From assembly GCA_963696535.1 (NCBI GenBank), contig CAVOKP010000013.1, positions 241,790-305,789 on the forward strand: a DNA stretch of 64,000 nucleotides, given 5' to 3'. The position numbers and the translations under genes were made by a program. The number at the start of each line of letters is the position of its first letter. The stretch's first letter is position 1. This DNA is from an uncultured Bacteroidales bacterium (GTDB lineage Bacteria; Bacteroidota; Bacteroidia; Bacteroidales; VadinHA17). Below, piece after piece: positions 35,138 through 46,133 of the stretch. The notes under the pieces are model-generated. The model ran no database searches and had not been told where the DNA came from. It was given only the letters and a program-made list of their open reading frames with translations.

Positions 35138-35692
35138 TCAGTATTTATTATACGAAACCGTCACCTCCTGGGATTTCCGTTTCTTTGCCCTGTACTCGCC
35201 CTGCGGATAACCGATAGAAATAAGAAGTCCGACTCTTTTAGATGAGGGTATCTTAAGGATGCTCCTGACCTGTTTCTCATCATACCAGCCAATTATGCAT
35301 GATCCCAGTCCTTCGGCAGTTGCCTGCAGACACATATTCTCAGCGGCAATGCCGATATCAATGTGTGAGTAGTCCTTGTTTTTGATTGTTCCACCGACCT
35401 TGGAGGAGAAATTAGGATTTTCCCTGACGATAACTATCAATACCGGAGCCTGGCTGACAAATCCATTCATGCCAAGCAGTTTGGCAGAAGCAGCTTCCGC
35501 CAGTGTGCTTCGCAGTGCAGGATCGGTGACGACAATAAATTTCCAGGGCTGAGCATTGCAGGCAGATGGGGCCATCCTGCCCGCCTCGGTTATACGATCG
35601 AGTTTTTCCTGTTCTACCGGTTTATCTCTGTATTTTCTTTCACTTTGCCGCCTGAGGATAAGCTCAAGCATTTTCTTTCCTTCACTCATCAA
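35138..35692 (-). CDS. nitroreductase family protein
   Basis: Motif PSACNAQPWKFIVV. It directly abuts the rubrerythrin stop codon, so the two are probably one operon. Confidence 0.8.
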   Translation of the reverse strand: MMSEGKKMLELILRRQSERKYRDKPVEQEKLDRITEAGRMAPSACNAQPWKFIVVTDPALRSTLAEAASAKLLGMNGFVSQAPVLIVIVRENPNFSSKVGGTIKNKDYSHIDIGIAAENMCLQATAEGLGSCIIGWYDEKQVRSILKIPSSKRVGLLISIGYPQGEYRAKKRKSQEVTVSYNKY

Positions 35693-36271
35693 TTAATAGT
35701 TTTCAGCCTTTAGTTCGAAATAGCTTTCAGGATGCAGGCATGCCGGGCAGTTCTTCGGGGGTTTGGTCCCGAAATGAACATAGCCGCACTTCCTGCAGTA
35801 CCAGAAAACCTTTCCCTCGCGTTCGAAAACCCTGTTTTTCATAATATTGTCGAGAAGCTTCCTGTATCTTTCTTCATGAATCTTTTCGGCTGATGCTATA
35901 GCCTTGAATGCTGTGGCAATAGTCTTGAAACCTTCAGCTTCAGCTTCCTTTGCGAATGCCGGGTAAAGGTCACTCCATTCTTCATGTTCGCCGTCGGCGG
36001 CAGCCCCGAGGTTCTCACTCGTTGCACCTGTTTTTCCTGCCGGGTAGGATGCTGTTATTTCAACCATGCCTCCTTCCAGAAATTTAAAAAACCTCTTTGC
36101 GTGCTGCTGTTCCTGTGCGGCTGTCTCAAGGAAAATTGCGGAAATCTGCTCATATCCTTCCTCCTTTGCAACCTTGGCGGCAAATTCATACCGGTTCTTG
36201 GCCTGCGATTCACCTGCAAAGGCCTTAAGCAGGTTCTGTTCTGTCTTTGTTCCTTTCAAACTCTTTTCCAT
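35693..36271 (-). CDS. rbr: rubrerythrin
   Basis: N-terminal [24 protein letters not shown] (ferritin-like di-iron domain) and a C-terminal rubredoxin-like CRKCGY...CPAC. Confidence 0.9.
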   Translation of the reverse strand: MEKSLKGTKTEQNLLKAFAGESQAKNRYEFAAKVAKEEGYEQISAIFLETAAQEQQHAKRFFKFLEGGMVEITASYPAGKTGATSENLGAAADGEHEEWSDLYPAFAKEAEAEGFKTIATAFKAIASAEKIHEERYRKLLDNIMKNRVFEREGKVFWYCRKCGYVHFGTKPPKNCPACLHPESYFELKAENY

Positions 36272-36411
36272 ATAATCTGTTTTTAAGTATAATAATACAA
36301 TTAGGTGATTTATTAAAAAAACTATCAGGTATTAGTTTTGGCAAAAATACCTATCTTTAGTTTCAAATTTACCTTATTGGCGATATTTATTAACCTTAAT
36401 TAATCAAAAAA

Positions 36412-36975
36412 ATGGCAGTATTACTAGTGATTTTTGCGATCATTGTGCTCCTTGTCTTCTTTGCTATCTCGCTTTACAACAGGCTTGTCAGGCTGAGGAA
36501 CAACAGGGAGCAGGCATTTGCTGATGTTGATGTGCAGCTTAGACAAAGGCATGATCTCATACCCCAGCTTGTTGAAGCCGTCAAGGGTTACATGGTGCAT
36601 GAAAGGGGCGTGCTGACCGAGATAACGGAGGCGCGGGCGAATGCCATGAAAGCGACCACGATAAATGAGAAGATAGCTGCTGAAACCAGGCTCTCAAGTG
36701 CCCTTGATGGATTGAAGGTGTCGGTGGAAGCCTATCCCGACCTTAAGGCCAGTCAGAATTTCCTTGATCTTCAGAATGAGATTTCGGATGTCGAAAACAA
36801 GATTGCAGCAGCCCGCAGATTCTTTAACTCAGCAACCAAGGAGCTCAACACCGCAACTGAACTGTTCCCTTCGAATATTGTTGCCACACTTTTCAACTTC
36901 AGGCGCGAACCGATGTTCGACCTCGGGGAAAAACGTGCCCAGATAGAGGAACCGCCTCAGATCAAGTTCCAGTAA
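36412..36975 (+). CDS. lemA: LemA family protein
   Basis: N-terminal TM helix plus the typical LemA sequence YNRLVRLRNNREQAFADVDVQLRQRHDLIPQLV. Confidence 0.85.
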   Translation: MAVLLVIFAIIVLLVFFAISLYNRLVRLRNNREQAFADVDVQLRQRHDLIPQLVEAVKGYMVHERGVLTEITEARANAMKATTINEKIAAETRLSSALDGLKVSVEAYPDLKASQNFLDLQNEISDVENKIAAARRFFNSATKELNTATELFPSNIVATLFNFRREPMFDLGEKRAQIEEPPQIKFQ

Positions 36976-36976
36976 T

Positions 36977-37918
36977 ATGAAGTATTTCGGACTCCAAAGC
37001 CAGATAAGAAGAAACAACACGAACTCGGTTTTGATTCTCCTGATGTTCCCGCTCGTGTTTTACGGTCTTACCTGGCTTTTCCTCTTTTTTACATCGATGC
37101 AGATGGAGCGCGAAGAGATGGGTTTGATAAATGTGAACCGGACATTCCTGTCAACCATCCCATGGATAACAATCGGTGTAGCCGTGTGGTTCCTTGTTGC
37201 ATGGTTTTCGCATACCTCCATTATCAATTCCGCAACAAATTCAAAACCTCTTGAAAGAAAAGAAAACAAACGAGTGTATAATCTTGTCGAGAACCTCTGC
37301 ATCTCGGCAGGTATGCAGATGCCTAAAGTAAATATCATTGAGGATGATTCACTGAATGCTTTTGCGAGCGGGATAAACGAAAAGACATATGCCGTGTCGC
37401 TTTCAAGGGGTATTATCGACAAGCTTCAGGATGATGAGCTCGAGGCAGTGATCGCGCACGAACTGACCCATATCAGGAACCGGGATGTAAGACTTCTGAT
37501 AATCTCTATCGTCTTTGTCGGCATTTTCGGTTTTATAACGGAAATGCTTTTCAGGTCGATGAGGTTTGGGAGTATCGGCAGGGGTAAAAAAGAGGGCGGA
37601 GGTATTATTATTGCCCTGTTTCTTGCGCTTTTCGGTTATCTGCTTGCCTCACTTTTCAGGTTTGCCCTTTCAAGGAAGCGGGAATATCTTGCTGACGCCG
37701 GTTCTGCCGAGCTTACAAGGAGGCCTCTGTCCCTTGCCTCAGCACTCCGGAAGGTGTCAGCTGATCCTACCATTGAGGCTGTAAAAAGAAAGGATGTTGC
37801 CCAGATGTTTATCGAAAACCCTCAGGAAGGAGAGGAGAAGGTCAGGTTTTCTTTTGCCAATCTGTTCGCAACTCACCCTCCGATCCTGAAGAGGATACAA
37901 ATTCTTGAGCAATACTAG
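36977..37918 (+). CDS. M48 family zinc metalloprotease (HtpX-like)
   Basis: HELTHIRNRD (HExxH), TM helices, and a start 1 nt after the lemA stop codon. Confidence 0.8.
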   Translation: MKYFGLQSQIRRNNTNSVLILLMFPLVFYGLTWLFLFFTSMQMEREEMGLINVNRTFLSTIPWITIGVAVWFLVAWFSHTSIINSATNSKPLERKENKRVYNLVENLCISAGMQMPKVNIIEDDSLNAFASGINEKTYAVSLSRGIIDKLQDDELEAVIAHELTHIRNRDVRLLIISIVFVGIFGFITEMLFRSMRFGSIGRGKKEGGGIIIALFLALFGYLLASLFRFALSRKREYLADAGSAELTRRPLSLASALRKVSADPTIEAVKRKDVAQMFIENPQEGEEKVRFSFANLFATHPPILKRIQILEQY

Positions 37919-38544
37919 GATTTCTTCCTGATGAGCTTTGATTCTTCTCCCCTGAGGAGTCTTGAAATGTTCTTCCTGTGAGTGAAGATGAGAGCTATTG
38001 CCACTGTAACGGAGAATATTTTAAAAAATACTGAAGGAGTTCCGAAGAAAAGGAACAGAAATACCGGAAAGGCTATCCCGGCAATCATTGAAGAGAGTGA
38101 AACATAACCGGAGATAAGGAGAACGCAAAGGAAGACTCCCAGGCATGATATTGTAAGCAGGGGATGGATCGCCAGGAGAACTCCGGAAATTGTTGCCACT
38201 CCCTTCCCGCCGCGGAACCTGGCAAACACCGGAAAAATATGACCGGTTACTACAGCCATTCCTGCCAGGATCTGGTAATTTGTAATCATTGCAGTACCTT
38301 CACCTGCCAGGTTGAAGAATACAGGCAGCATTGCAGCTGTCCAGCCTTTAAGGACATCGATCAGCAGAACCGGAACACCAGTTTTCCAGCCAAGGACCCT
38401 TATCACATTTGTGGCACCTGCATTTCCGCTTCCGTGCTCCCTGACATCAACTTTATGGAAGATCTTCCCGGCCCAGACCGCCGTGGCAATTGATCCCAGC
38501 AGGTATGACAGTATCAGTGTGAGGGATATTTTTAAAAGACTCAT
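37915..38544 (-). CDS. plsY: glycerol-3-phosphate acyltransferase PlsY
   Basis: Motif HGSGNAGATN, a polytopic topology and a ~200 aa length. Confidence 0.85.
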   Translation of the reverse strand: MSLLKISLTLILSYLLGSIATAVWAGKIFHKVDVREHGSGNAGATNVIRVLGWKTGVPVLLIDVLKGWTAAMLPVFFNLAGEGTAMITNYQILAGMAVVTGHIFPVFARFRGGKGVATISGVLLAIHPLLTISCLGVFLCVLLISGYVSLSSMIAGIAFPVFLFLFFGTPSVFFKIFSVTVAIALIFTHRKNISRLLRGEESKLIRKKS

Positions 38545-38559
38545 TTTATACTCCGATTG

Positions 38560-40179
38560 TCAGATTCCGGGTCCCGATTCTGCCAGCTTCGCAGTCTCTT
38601 CGTTCGAGGCAAATTTGCTGAAGTTGTTAATGAACTTCAATGCCAGATCGGTGGCGGCAAGATGCCATTTAACGCGTGAATCCCATGACTCTGAGGGATC
38701 GAGCAGATTAGTCCTGACTCCGTCAATCTTGTCGGGGATGCTCAGATTGAAAACAGGAAGTGTACTGAATTCATATTTTTTTATCGAGTCATCAAGGATG
38801 GAATTGATTATCAGCCTCGTGGTCGGAAGTTCAATCCTGCTTCCCGTGCTGCAGGGCCCGCCTGTCCATCCTGTGTTCACGAGCCATGCCTCAGCATTGT
38901 GAAGCTTCATTTTCCGCGTGAGCTCATTAGCATAAATTATCGGATCGAGCATAAGGAAGGCTGCCCCAAAGCATGCTGAGAATGAGGGAACAGGCTCGAT
39001 GATGCCTCTTTCCGTCCCTGCCACCTTGGCTGTATATCCGCTGAGAAAATAATATCTTGTCTGTTCTTCCGTAAGCCGGCTGACCGGGGGAAGGACGCCG
39101 AATGTATCGGCTGTCAGGAATATTACCTTGGTTGCATGACCAGCTTTGGAGATGGGTTTTACTATATTGCTGATGTGGTAAATAGGATATGAGACCCTTG
39201 TGTTTTCCGTTTTTGAATCGTTGTTGAAGTCAATCGTTCCGTCGGATTGTACAACAAGGTTTTCGAGAAGTGCATCGCGTCTGATGGCATCGTAAATGTC
39301 AGGTTCATTCTTTCTGTTCAGCCTGATGCACTTGGCATAGCAGCCTCCCTCGAAATTGAAAATGCCGTCATCGTCCCATCCATGCTCATCGTCGCCTACC
39401 AGTGCCCGGTCGGGATCGGTCGAAAGGGTTGTCTTTCCGGTTCCTGAAAGTCCGAAGAAAATGGCAACATCTCCCTTTTTTCCTACATTGGCGGAACAGT
39501 GCATCGATGTAATCCCCCTGAGAGGAAGGTAATAATTCATTACGGAGAAAATCCCTTTTTTCATCTCGCCGCCATACCATGTACCTCCAATCACTGCCAT
39601 TCCGGCCTTAAGGTTGAAGAAGACAAAGTTTTCTGAATTGAGCCCCTGCTTTTTCCAGTCGGGATTTGTTGTCTTTGATGCGTTGAGAACCACAAACTGC
39701 GGAGCGAAATTTGCAAGCTCCCCGGGTTCGGGCCTGATAAACATGTTTTTAACAAAATGCGCCTGCCATGCAACTTCAAGCACAAATCTGACTGCCAGCC
39801 TGGTATTCACATTGGCTCCGCAAAAGCAGTCGACCACGAAGATCCTTTTCCCTGACAGCTGTTTTGCTGCAAGCTTCCTGCAGTGTTCCCATATCTCATT
39901 GGAAATTGGCTTGTTATCGGAAACTTTGGCCTTCTCGGATTTCCACCAGACTGTATCCCTGGTCGTATCGTCCATCACAACATATTTATCATTTGGGGAT
40001 CGTCCCGTGAAAATGCCTGTATCGACTGAAATGGCGCCTGAACGGGTTATTATTCCTTTTTCATAGCCTGTCAGCCCGGGTTTTGTCTCCTCGGCGAACA
40101 GTGTGTTGTAGGATGGATTATAAAGAATTTCGACAGGATTTTCTATTCCGTAATTCCTGAGATCATCGGGGGTTACCAT
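38560..40179 (-). CDS. pckA: phosphoenolpyruvate carboxykinase (ATP)
   Basis: Kinase-1a motif [11 protein letters not shown] and a 539 aa PckA-like sequence throughout. Confidence 0.9.
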   Translation of the reverse strand: MVTPDDLRNYGIENPVEILYNPSYNTLFAEETKPGLTGYEKGIITRSGAISVDTGIFTGRSPNDKYVVMDDTTRDTVWWKSEKAKVSDNKPISNEIWEHCRKLAAKQLSGKRIFVVDCFCGANVNTRLAVRFVLEVAWQAHFVKNMFIRPEPGELANFAPQFVVLNASKTTNPDWKKQGLNSENFVFFNLKAGMAVIGGTWYGGEMKKGIFSVMNYYLPLRGITSMHCSANVGKKGDVAIFFGLSGTGKTTLSTDPDRALVGDDEHGWDDDGIFNFEGGCYAKCIRLNRKNEPDIYDAIRRDALLENLVVQSDGTIDFNNDSKTENTRVSYPIYHISNIVKPISKAGHATKVIFLTADTFGVLPPVSRLTEEQTRYYFLSGYTAKVAGTERGIIEPVPSFSACFGAAFLMLDPIIYANELTRKMKLHNAEAWLVNTGWTGGPCSTGSRIELPTTRLIINSILDDSIKKYEFSTLPVFNLSIPDKIDGVRTNLLDPSESWDSRVKWHLAATDLALKFINNFSKFASNEETAKLAESGPGI

Positions 40180-40309
40180 AGCTGGTTTTTTCTGATTGTA
40201 ATAAGAGTTATCAAATGTATAAATTATTTCAATAAACAGGAGAGGGTTTTTCCCGCTGCAGGGGTCTTTAATATGGTTAAAAACAGAGGTTCATAGTTCA
40301 GGGGCAGGC

Positions 40310-40345
40310 TTGAAAAGCGAAAGGGCGCCGTAAGGGCGCCCTTTT
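40310..40345 (-). terminator. intrinsic terminator downstream of ppdK
   Basis: GGGCGCC-GTAAG-GGCGCCC (40323-40341) with T-rich flanks on both strands. Confidence 0.65.
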
Positions 40346-40369
40346 CTGTGTGTTGGGATAAAGATAGAA

Positions 40370-43096
40370 TTATTTCCCGTATTTTATCGACGATTGTGCT
40401 GCAGCAAGCCTGGCTATCGGAACCCTGTAAGGGGAGCAGCTTACATATGTCAATCCGGTTTTGAAACAGAATTCAACAGAAGCGGGATCTCCTCCCTGTT
40501 CACCGCAAATACCAACTTTTAAATCCGGTTTTGTAGCCCGGCCTTTTTCGACCGACATCCTGATCAGCTGTCCCACACCTTCCTGGTCAATAGTCTGGAA
40601 CGGGTCGGCTGCAAGCATCTTCTTGTCGAGATAGTCATTGAGGAATCCGCCGATATCATCACGGCTGAATCCGAATGTCATCTGGGTAAGATCGTTGGTG
40701 CCGAATGAGAAGAAATCGGCTGATTTTGCCATCTGATCGGAAAGCAGTGTTGCCCTTGGGATCTCGATCATGGTGCCATATTTATAATCGATCTTTTTTA
40801 GTCCTGATTTTTTGAGGACTTCCGCATAGACCTGGTCAACCACTTTTTTGGTAACATCAAGTTCGGATACATCGCATGTTACAGGCACCATCAGCTCAGG
40901 TTTCGGATTCTTTTTCTCCTTGAGAAGATCGGCCGTAGCCTCGAACATTGCGCGCACCTGCATTTCTGTAATCTCGGGATAGGTTATGCCAAGACGTACT
41001 CCGCGGTGACCCATCATCGGATTGCTTTCATGGAGGGCTTCACCCCGTTTTGCGACATCTGATTTCTTAATACCCAGTGCTTTGGCGAGTTCAGCCTGTT
41101 TTTCAGCTCCCTGTGGAACAAACTCATGAAGAGGAGGATCCATCAGACGGAAAGTGACCGGCAAACCATCCATGGCTTCCAGGGTGGATTTCATATCTTT
41201 CTTTACATATTTGTGCAATTCATTGAGCGCTTTGCGGCGTTCAGCTTCATTTGCACTCAGGATCATTTTACGAAGGAGGAATAAAGGCTGTTCTGATCCT
41301 TTGCCATAAAACATGTGCTCGATGCGGAAGAGTCCGATGCCTTCAGCTCCGTATTCGCGTGCGATCACTGCATCCTCTGCTGTATCTGCATTTGTACGGA
41401 CCCCCATTTTCCTGTATTTGTCGACGATCTTCATAAACGACTTGAAGCTTGGGTTTTCCGTTGCATCCATTAGTGTTATTGCACCTTTGTATACATTTCC
41501 CTTTGTACCGTTGATCGTGATAACATCACCCTCTTTCAGAACCAGGTCGGTTCCGGATACTTTTATCTTTTTAGCTGATGCATCAACATGAAGGGAGCCT
41601 GCGCCCACAACGCAGCACTTTCCCCAGCCGCGTGCAACCAGTGCAGCGTGAGATGTCATTCCTCCGCGTGCAGTAAGTATACCGACGGCAGCACGCATTC
41701 CTTCAACGTCCTCCGGGTTTGTCTCTTCGCGAACCATGATGACAGTCTCTCCTTTCCGGGTCCAGGCAACTGCATCTTCGGCAGTGAAAACTATTTTACC
41801 AACCGCAGCACCGGGTCCGGCAGGCAGACCTTTGGCAATCGGAGTTACTTTCTTCTCGGCTGCAGGATCACAAATCGGGTGAAGAAGCTCATCAAGCTGC
41901 GACGGATCGACACGTGTGACAACTGTTTTTTCGTCGATCAGTTTTTCTTTAAACATGTCCATAGCCATGTTTACGGCCGCGGTACCTGTCCGTTTTCCGA
42001 CACGGCACTGAAGCATAAAGAGTTTATTCTCCTGAATTGTAAATTCTATGTCAAGCATGTCGTGGAAATTCTTCTCCAGGATATGGCGTATTTCCACAAG
42101 TTCCTTGTACGTTTTGGGCATTGCTTCCTGCATGCTCTTCAGATGTTTGTTCTGCTCATTTTTGGTTTCGTTGTTCAGGGGACTCGGAGTTCTTATCCCG
42201 GCAACAACATCCTCACCCTGTGCATTTACGAGCCATTCACCATAGAACTGGTTCTCGCCGGTTGCAGGGTTGCGTGTAAAGGCGACACCTGTTGCGGATG
42301 AATCACCCATGTTTCCGAATACCATGGCCTGAACGTTCACGGCAGTGCCCCAGTTGTCAGGAATCCCTTCGATACGGCGGTACGATACGGCTTTTTTCCC
42401 GTTCCAGCTCTTGAAAACAGCCTTGATACTTCCTTCGAGCTGTTCCTTTGCATCATCAGGGAATGGTTTTCCGAGAACCTGTTTGATTTTCTTCTTGAAT
42501 TTCTCTGAAAGATCCTTGAGCTCATCAGCAGAAATATCGGTATCTGACTTGTAGCCTTTCTTTTTCTTGAAATCATCGAGCATTTCATCAAGCTGCTTGC
42601 GGATACCTCTTCCTTCACCAAGTTCAATCCCTTCAGCTTTCTCCATAACCACGTCGGCGTACATCATAATCAAACGACGGTAGGAATCCCATACAAAACG
42701 GGGATTATTGGTTTTTTTGAGGAAACCCGGAATTGTAGCTGTGCAAAGTCCGATATTCAGAACAGTGTCCATCATGCCGGGCATCGATTTGCGTGCGCCT
42801 GAACGGCAAGATACAAGCAAGGCGTTTGAAGGGTCGCCATATTTCATTCCCATAGTCTCTTCGGTCAGCTTCATGGCTGCCCAGACTTCAGGCATCAGTT
42901 CCTTGGGAAGAGTGCAATCGTTTGCGTAATATTCATTACATGCATCGGTTGTAATTGTAAAACCGGCGGGTACGGGCAGCCCGAGGAGACACATTTCTGC
43001 AAGATTGGCCCCCTTGCCGCCAAGAAGATTCTTCATATCTGCTTTACCCTCTGCAGTCTTCCTGCCAAAGGAATAAACTCTTTTTACTTTCGACAT
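40370..43096 (-). CDS. ppdK: pyruvate, phosphate dikinase
   Basis: 908 aa. N-terminal ATP-grasp region (LLGGKGANLAEM), phosphohistidine region GGMTSHAALVARG and a C-terminal PEP-utilising TIM barrel. Confidence 0.92.
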   Translation of the reverse strand: MSKVKRVYSFGRKTAEGKADMKNLLGGKGANLAEMCLLGLPVPAGFTITTDACNEYYANDCTLPKELMPEVWAAMKLTEETMGMKYGDPSNALLVSCRSGARKSMPGMMDTVLNIGLCTATIPGFLKKTNNPRFVWDSYRRLIMMYADVVMEKAEGIELGEGRGIRKQLDEMLDDFKKKKGYKSDTDISADELKDLSEKFKKKIKQVLGKPFPDDAKEQLEGSIKAVFKSWNGKKAVSYRRIEGIPDNWGTAVNVQAMVFGNMGDSSATGVAFTRNPATGENQFYGEWLVNAQGEDVVAGIRTPSPLNNETKNEQNKHLKSMQEAMPKTYKELVEIRHILEKNFHDMLDIEFTIQENKLFMLQCRVGKRTGTAAVNMAMDMFKEKLIDEKTVVTRVDPSQLDELLHPICDPAAEKKVTPIAKGLPAGPGAAVGKIVFTAEDAVAWTRKGETVIMVREETNPEDVEGMRAAVGILTARGGMTSHAALVARGWGKCCVVGAGSLHVDASAKKIKVSGTDLVLKEGDVITINGTKGNVYKGAITLMDATENPSFKSFMKIVDKYRKMGVRTNADTAEDAVIAREYGAEGIGLFRIEHMFYGKGSEQPLFLLRKMILSANEAERRKALNELHKYVKKDMKSTLEAMDGLPVTFRLMDPPLHEFVPQGAEKQAELAKALGIKKSDVAKRGEALHESNPMMGHRGVRLGITYPEITEMQVRAMFEATADLLKEKKNPKPELMVPVTCDVSELDVTKKVVDQVYAEVLKKSGLKKIDYKYGTMIEIPRATLLSDQMAKSADFFSFGTNDLTQMTFGFSRDDIGGFLNDYLDKKMLAADPFQTIDQEGVGQLIRMSVEKGRATKPDLKVGICGEQGGDPASVEFCFKTGLTYVSCSPYRVPIARLAAAQSSIKYGK

Positions 43097-43192
43097 ACTT
43101 TTATGAATTTATTATAAACTTAATTTGTTGGTTCCGGAAAATAAGGTGCAAATTTAATATTAAAATTTGAATTTCTGAACAGCATTTGAAAT

Positions 43193-44092
43193 TCATGATC
43201 GCGGATGAAACATAATAAGGGTATCGCGCAGGTAACTCCTGTCGATATGGGTGTAGATCTCGGTTGTTAGGATCGATTCATGCCCGAGCATCTCCTGAAC
43301 TGCCCTCAGGTCGGCACCTGCCTCTACCATATGGGTTGCAAATGAGTGGCGGAAGGTATGGGGGCTGATCTTTTTCATGATCCCTGCTTTTCCTGCCAGA
43401 TCCCTGACTATTGTGAAAATCATGGCCCTGGTCAGCTTCCTGCCGCGGCGGTTAAGGAAGACCACGTTTTCGTCGTGAATCACTGGCAGCCTGCTTCGGT
43501 CAATCCTGTAAAGGTCGATCTCCCTGAGGGCCTTATTGCTTACCGGCACCAGCCTTTGCTTATTGCCCTTGCCGGTTATGCTGACGAAGCCTTCGCCGTA
43601 ATGGATATCGGTAAGCCTCAGGTTCACAAGTTCTGAGACCCTCAGCCCGCATCCGTAAAGAGTTTCAATGATTGCCTTGTTCCTGTGTCCTTCGGATTTG
43701 CTGAGATCGATCGCATCAACTATCCTGTCGATTTCCGCGACTGATAAAACCTCAGGCAGTTTTAGTCCGATCCTTGGGGATTCGAGCAGGGAAGATGGAT
43801 TTTCGGCGATTTCACCGTCAATCAGAAGGAATTTGTAAAAAGCCCTTATGCCTGAAAGCACCCTCGACTGGGTTCTTGCATTCTGATTGTCTGACCCGAA
43901 CCTGTTGATGAAATCCTTAAGATCGGGATAACTCACGGATGATGGTTCAATTTCCTTGCCTGAAATGTGAATATATTCCTCAAGCCTTCTGACGTCGGCA
44001 AGATATGCTTCAATGCTGTTCTCCGATAGTGATTTTTCGAGCCTCAGATAATTTTCGAAGTTCTTTAATGCAGCTTTCCAGGAAAGGCTCAT
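43193..44092 (-). CDS. xerD: site-specific tyrosine recombinase XerD
   Basis: A 299 aa Xer-type sequence with the C-terminal catalytic region HTFRHSFATHMVEAGADLRAVQEMLGHESILTTEIYTH. Confidence 0.85.
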   Translation of the reverse strand: MSLSWKAALKNFENYLRLEKSLSENSIEAYLADVRRLEEYIHISGKEIEPSSVSYPDLKDFINRFGSDNQNARTQSRVLSGIRAFYKFLLIDGEIAENPSSLLESPRIGLKLPEVLSVAEIDRIVDAIDLSKSEGHRNKAIIETLYGCGLRVSELVNLRLTDIHYGEGFVSITGKGNKQRLVPVSNKALREIDLYRIDRSRLPVIHDENVVFLNRRGRKLTRAMIFTIVRDLAGKAGIMKKISPHTFRHSFATHMVEAGADLRAVQEMLGHESILTTEIYTHIDRSYLRDTLIMFHPRS

Positions 44093-44206
44093 CCGGTTTG
44101 ATTGGTTTTACAGTGCAAAGTAATACAAAGTAATGCAACCCTGCAGATCCGATCCTTCAATATTTTAGTTATTTTTGCACCTTACTGACATCTGAAAACC
44201 ACCGGG

Positions 44207-44650
44207 ATGAAAATTCAAATAATAAACGGTCCTAATCTTAATCTGCTCGGAAAAAGAGAGCCGGAAAAATATGGCACTGAAACTTTTGAGGAGAGGATCA
44301 GTACTTTAAGGGAAATATTTCCTGAGATAGCGTTCGATTATTTTCAGTCGAATATTGAGGGGGAGATTATCAACAAGCTCCATGAGACGGGATTTTCATA
44401 CGATGGGATTATCCTTAACCCGGGGGGCTACACCCATACATCGGTTTCCATAGCAGATGCCGTGGCTTCGGTGAAGAGTCCTGTGGTCGAAGTTCACATA
44501 ACCAATATTGCAGCAAGGGAGGAGTTCCGGCATAACAGTCTTGTGGGAAGGTACTGTGCAGGCACTATTGCAGGCTTCGGTCTTGATGGTTACAGGCTGG
44601 CAGTCGAAGCATTGATCGGGATCAGGAAGAAATCAAAACAGCCGGAATGA
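44207..44650 (+). CDS. aroQ: type II 3-dehydroquinate dehydratase
   Basis: INGPNLNLLGKREPEKYG is the canonical AroQ N-terminus. Confidence 0.9.
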   Translation: MKIQIINGPNLNLLGKREPEKYGTETFEERISTLREIFPEIAFDYFQSNIEGEIINKLHETGFSYDGIILNPGGYTHTSVSIADAVASVKSPVVEVHITNIAAREEFRHNSLVGRYCAGTIAGFGLDGYRLAVEALIGIRKKSKQPE

Positions 44651-46077
44651 TAAGGAAAAGGACAAAGATCGTGGCGACCATTTCTGACAAGAGATGTGAT
44701 CCTGATTTCATAAGGGAACTCTATAGGGAGGGAATGGATGTGATAAGGATCAATTCAGCACATCTGAATACCGAAGGGGCCCTGAGGATAATCCAGAATG
44801 CCCGTATGGTTTCGGATAAAATCGCAATTCTCCTCGATACAAAAGGGCCCGAAATACGGACGACTGTGTGTGATGCCCCGATAGAGCTCAAAAAGGGCTC
44901 AGCAATATTGATTGCCGGAAATCCCGGGGAAAAAACCACCGGCAATATCATTAATGTTTCATATCCTGCATTTGTTGCTGACGTACCTGCAGGTTCTGCA
45001 GTTCTTATAGATGACGGGGACCTGGAGCTGAAAGCCGTAAAAAGAAATGGTGAATTCCTCGAATGCCTTGTGGAAAATGATGGTATCCTGGGATCCAGGA
45101 AAAGCGTTAACCTTCCCGGTGTAAAAATATGCCTTCCGTCGCTGACGGAAAAGGACAGGATATTCATTAAAATGGCTGTCGATAACGGAGTCGATTTCAT
45201 CGCACACTCATTTGTAAGGTCAAAACAGGATGTTCTTGATGTTCAGGCGGTTCTGGACGATTATCAAAGCAGTATCAAGATTATTGCCAAGATTGAGAAT
45301 GCAGAGGGTGTTGAAAACATAGATGAGATCCTCGAAAATGTCTATGGGATTATGGTTGCCAGGGGTGACCTTGGCATTGAGATTCCATATGAAAAGATCC
45401 CAGGCATTCAGAAAATGATGATCTCAAAGTGTATAAACGCCAGGAAACCGGTAATAGTAGCGACGCAGATGCTCCATTCAATGATCACCAATCCCCGGCC
45501 CACACGTGCCGAGGTAAGCGATGTGGCAAGCGCCATATACTCTCAGACTGATGCATTGATGCTCAGCGGGGAGACTGCCAACGGGAAATATCCGGTTGAA
45601 GCTGTGAAAACAATGTCAAGAGTTGCACTTGAAGTTGAGGAAAACAAGGAAAGGTTCCTCGATCTTTCTTCAGCCGGGATAACAGGCCAGATTTCAGCAT
45701 ATCTTGCGAAGGTTGCGGTTAAAACATCCGTACGGATTGGGGCAAAAGCAATCATTGCGGATACGACAGCCGGAAAAGCAATCAGGGATATGGCTTCGTA
45801 CAGGGGTTATAATCTGATCCTTGCGCAATGCTATCTTACATGCACGATGAGAGAGCTGGCCATGTCGTACGGAGTGTACGCAAATTACCAGGAAAGAAAG
45901 AAATCGGTTGACGATTTCCTGAAGATTGCCCTGACGGATCTTTCAGCACGGCACTACCTTAAGCCGGATGATGTGATAGTGGTCCTGGCCGGAAATTTCT
46001 CGGGGCAAACGGGATTTTCATTTATCGAAGTCGGGACCGTCGGGTATCTCAAGGACAGGGTCGACATAGTGGATTGA
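44647..46077 (+). CDS. pyk: pyruvate kinase
   Basis: RKRTKIVATI start, MVARGDLGIEIP and other PK motifs. There is an ATGA overlap with aroQ. Confidence 0.9.
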   Translation: MIRKRTKIVATISDKRCDPDFIRELYREGMDVIRINSAHLNTEGALRIIQNARMVSDKIAILLDTKGPEIRTTVCDAPIELKKGSAILIAGNPGEKTTGNIINVSYPAFVADVPAGSAVLIDDGDLELKAVKRNGEFLECLVENDGILGSRKSVNLPGVKICLPSLTEKDRIFIKMAVDNGVDFIAHSFVRSKQDVLDVQAVLDDYQSSIKIIAKIENAEGVENIDEILENVYGIMVARGDLGIEIPYEKIPGIQKMMISKCINARKPVIVATQMLHSMITNPRPTRAEVSDVASAIYSQTDALMLSGETANGKYPVEAVKTMSRVALEVEENKERFLDLSSAGITGQISAYLAKVAVKTSVRIGAKAIIADTTAGKAIRDMASYRGYNLILAQCYLTCTMRELAMSYGVYANYQERKKSVDDFLKIALTDLSARHYLKPDDVIVVLAGNFSGQTGFSFIEVGTVGYLKDRVDIVD

Positions 46078-46133
46078 CATATATTTATGGTCTGATTTTT
46101 GATGTTATTTTAATGCCGTAAACAAGGGTTTCA

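Noticed and set aside
36272-36411. Promoter calls for rubrerythrin, ppdK and the Tyr-rich gene, based on CAAAnnTA / TAnnTTTG boxes at 36342-36349, 43149-43156 and 61234-61241
   Set aside because: The -7-like boxes exist, but I could not pair them with a TTTG at the expected ~19-21 nt spacing. They are therefore not reported as features.
43193-44092. The XerD-like recombinase might be the integrase of the 21-27 kb accessory patch, or an invertase for the inverted repeats
   Set aside because: It is a standard-length Xer protein with housekeeping neighbours (ppdK, aroQ-pyk). It lies 17 kb from the patch and is not adjacent to any of the inverted repeats.
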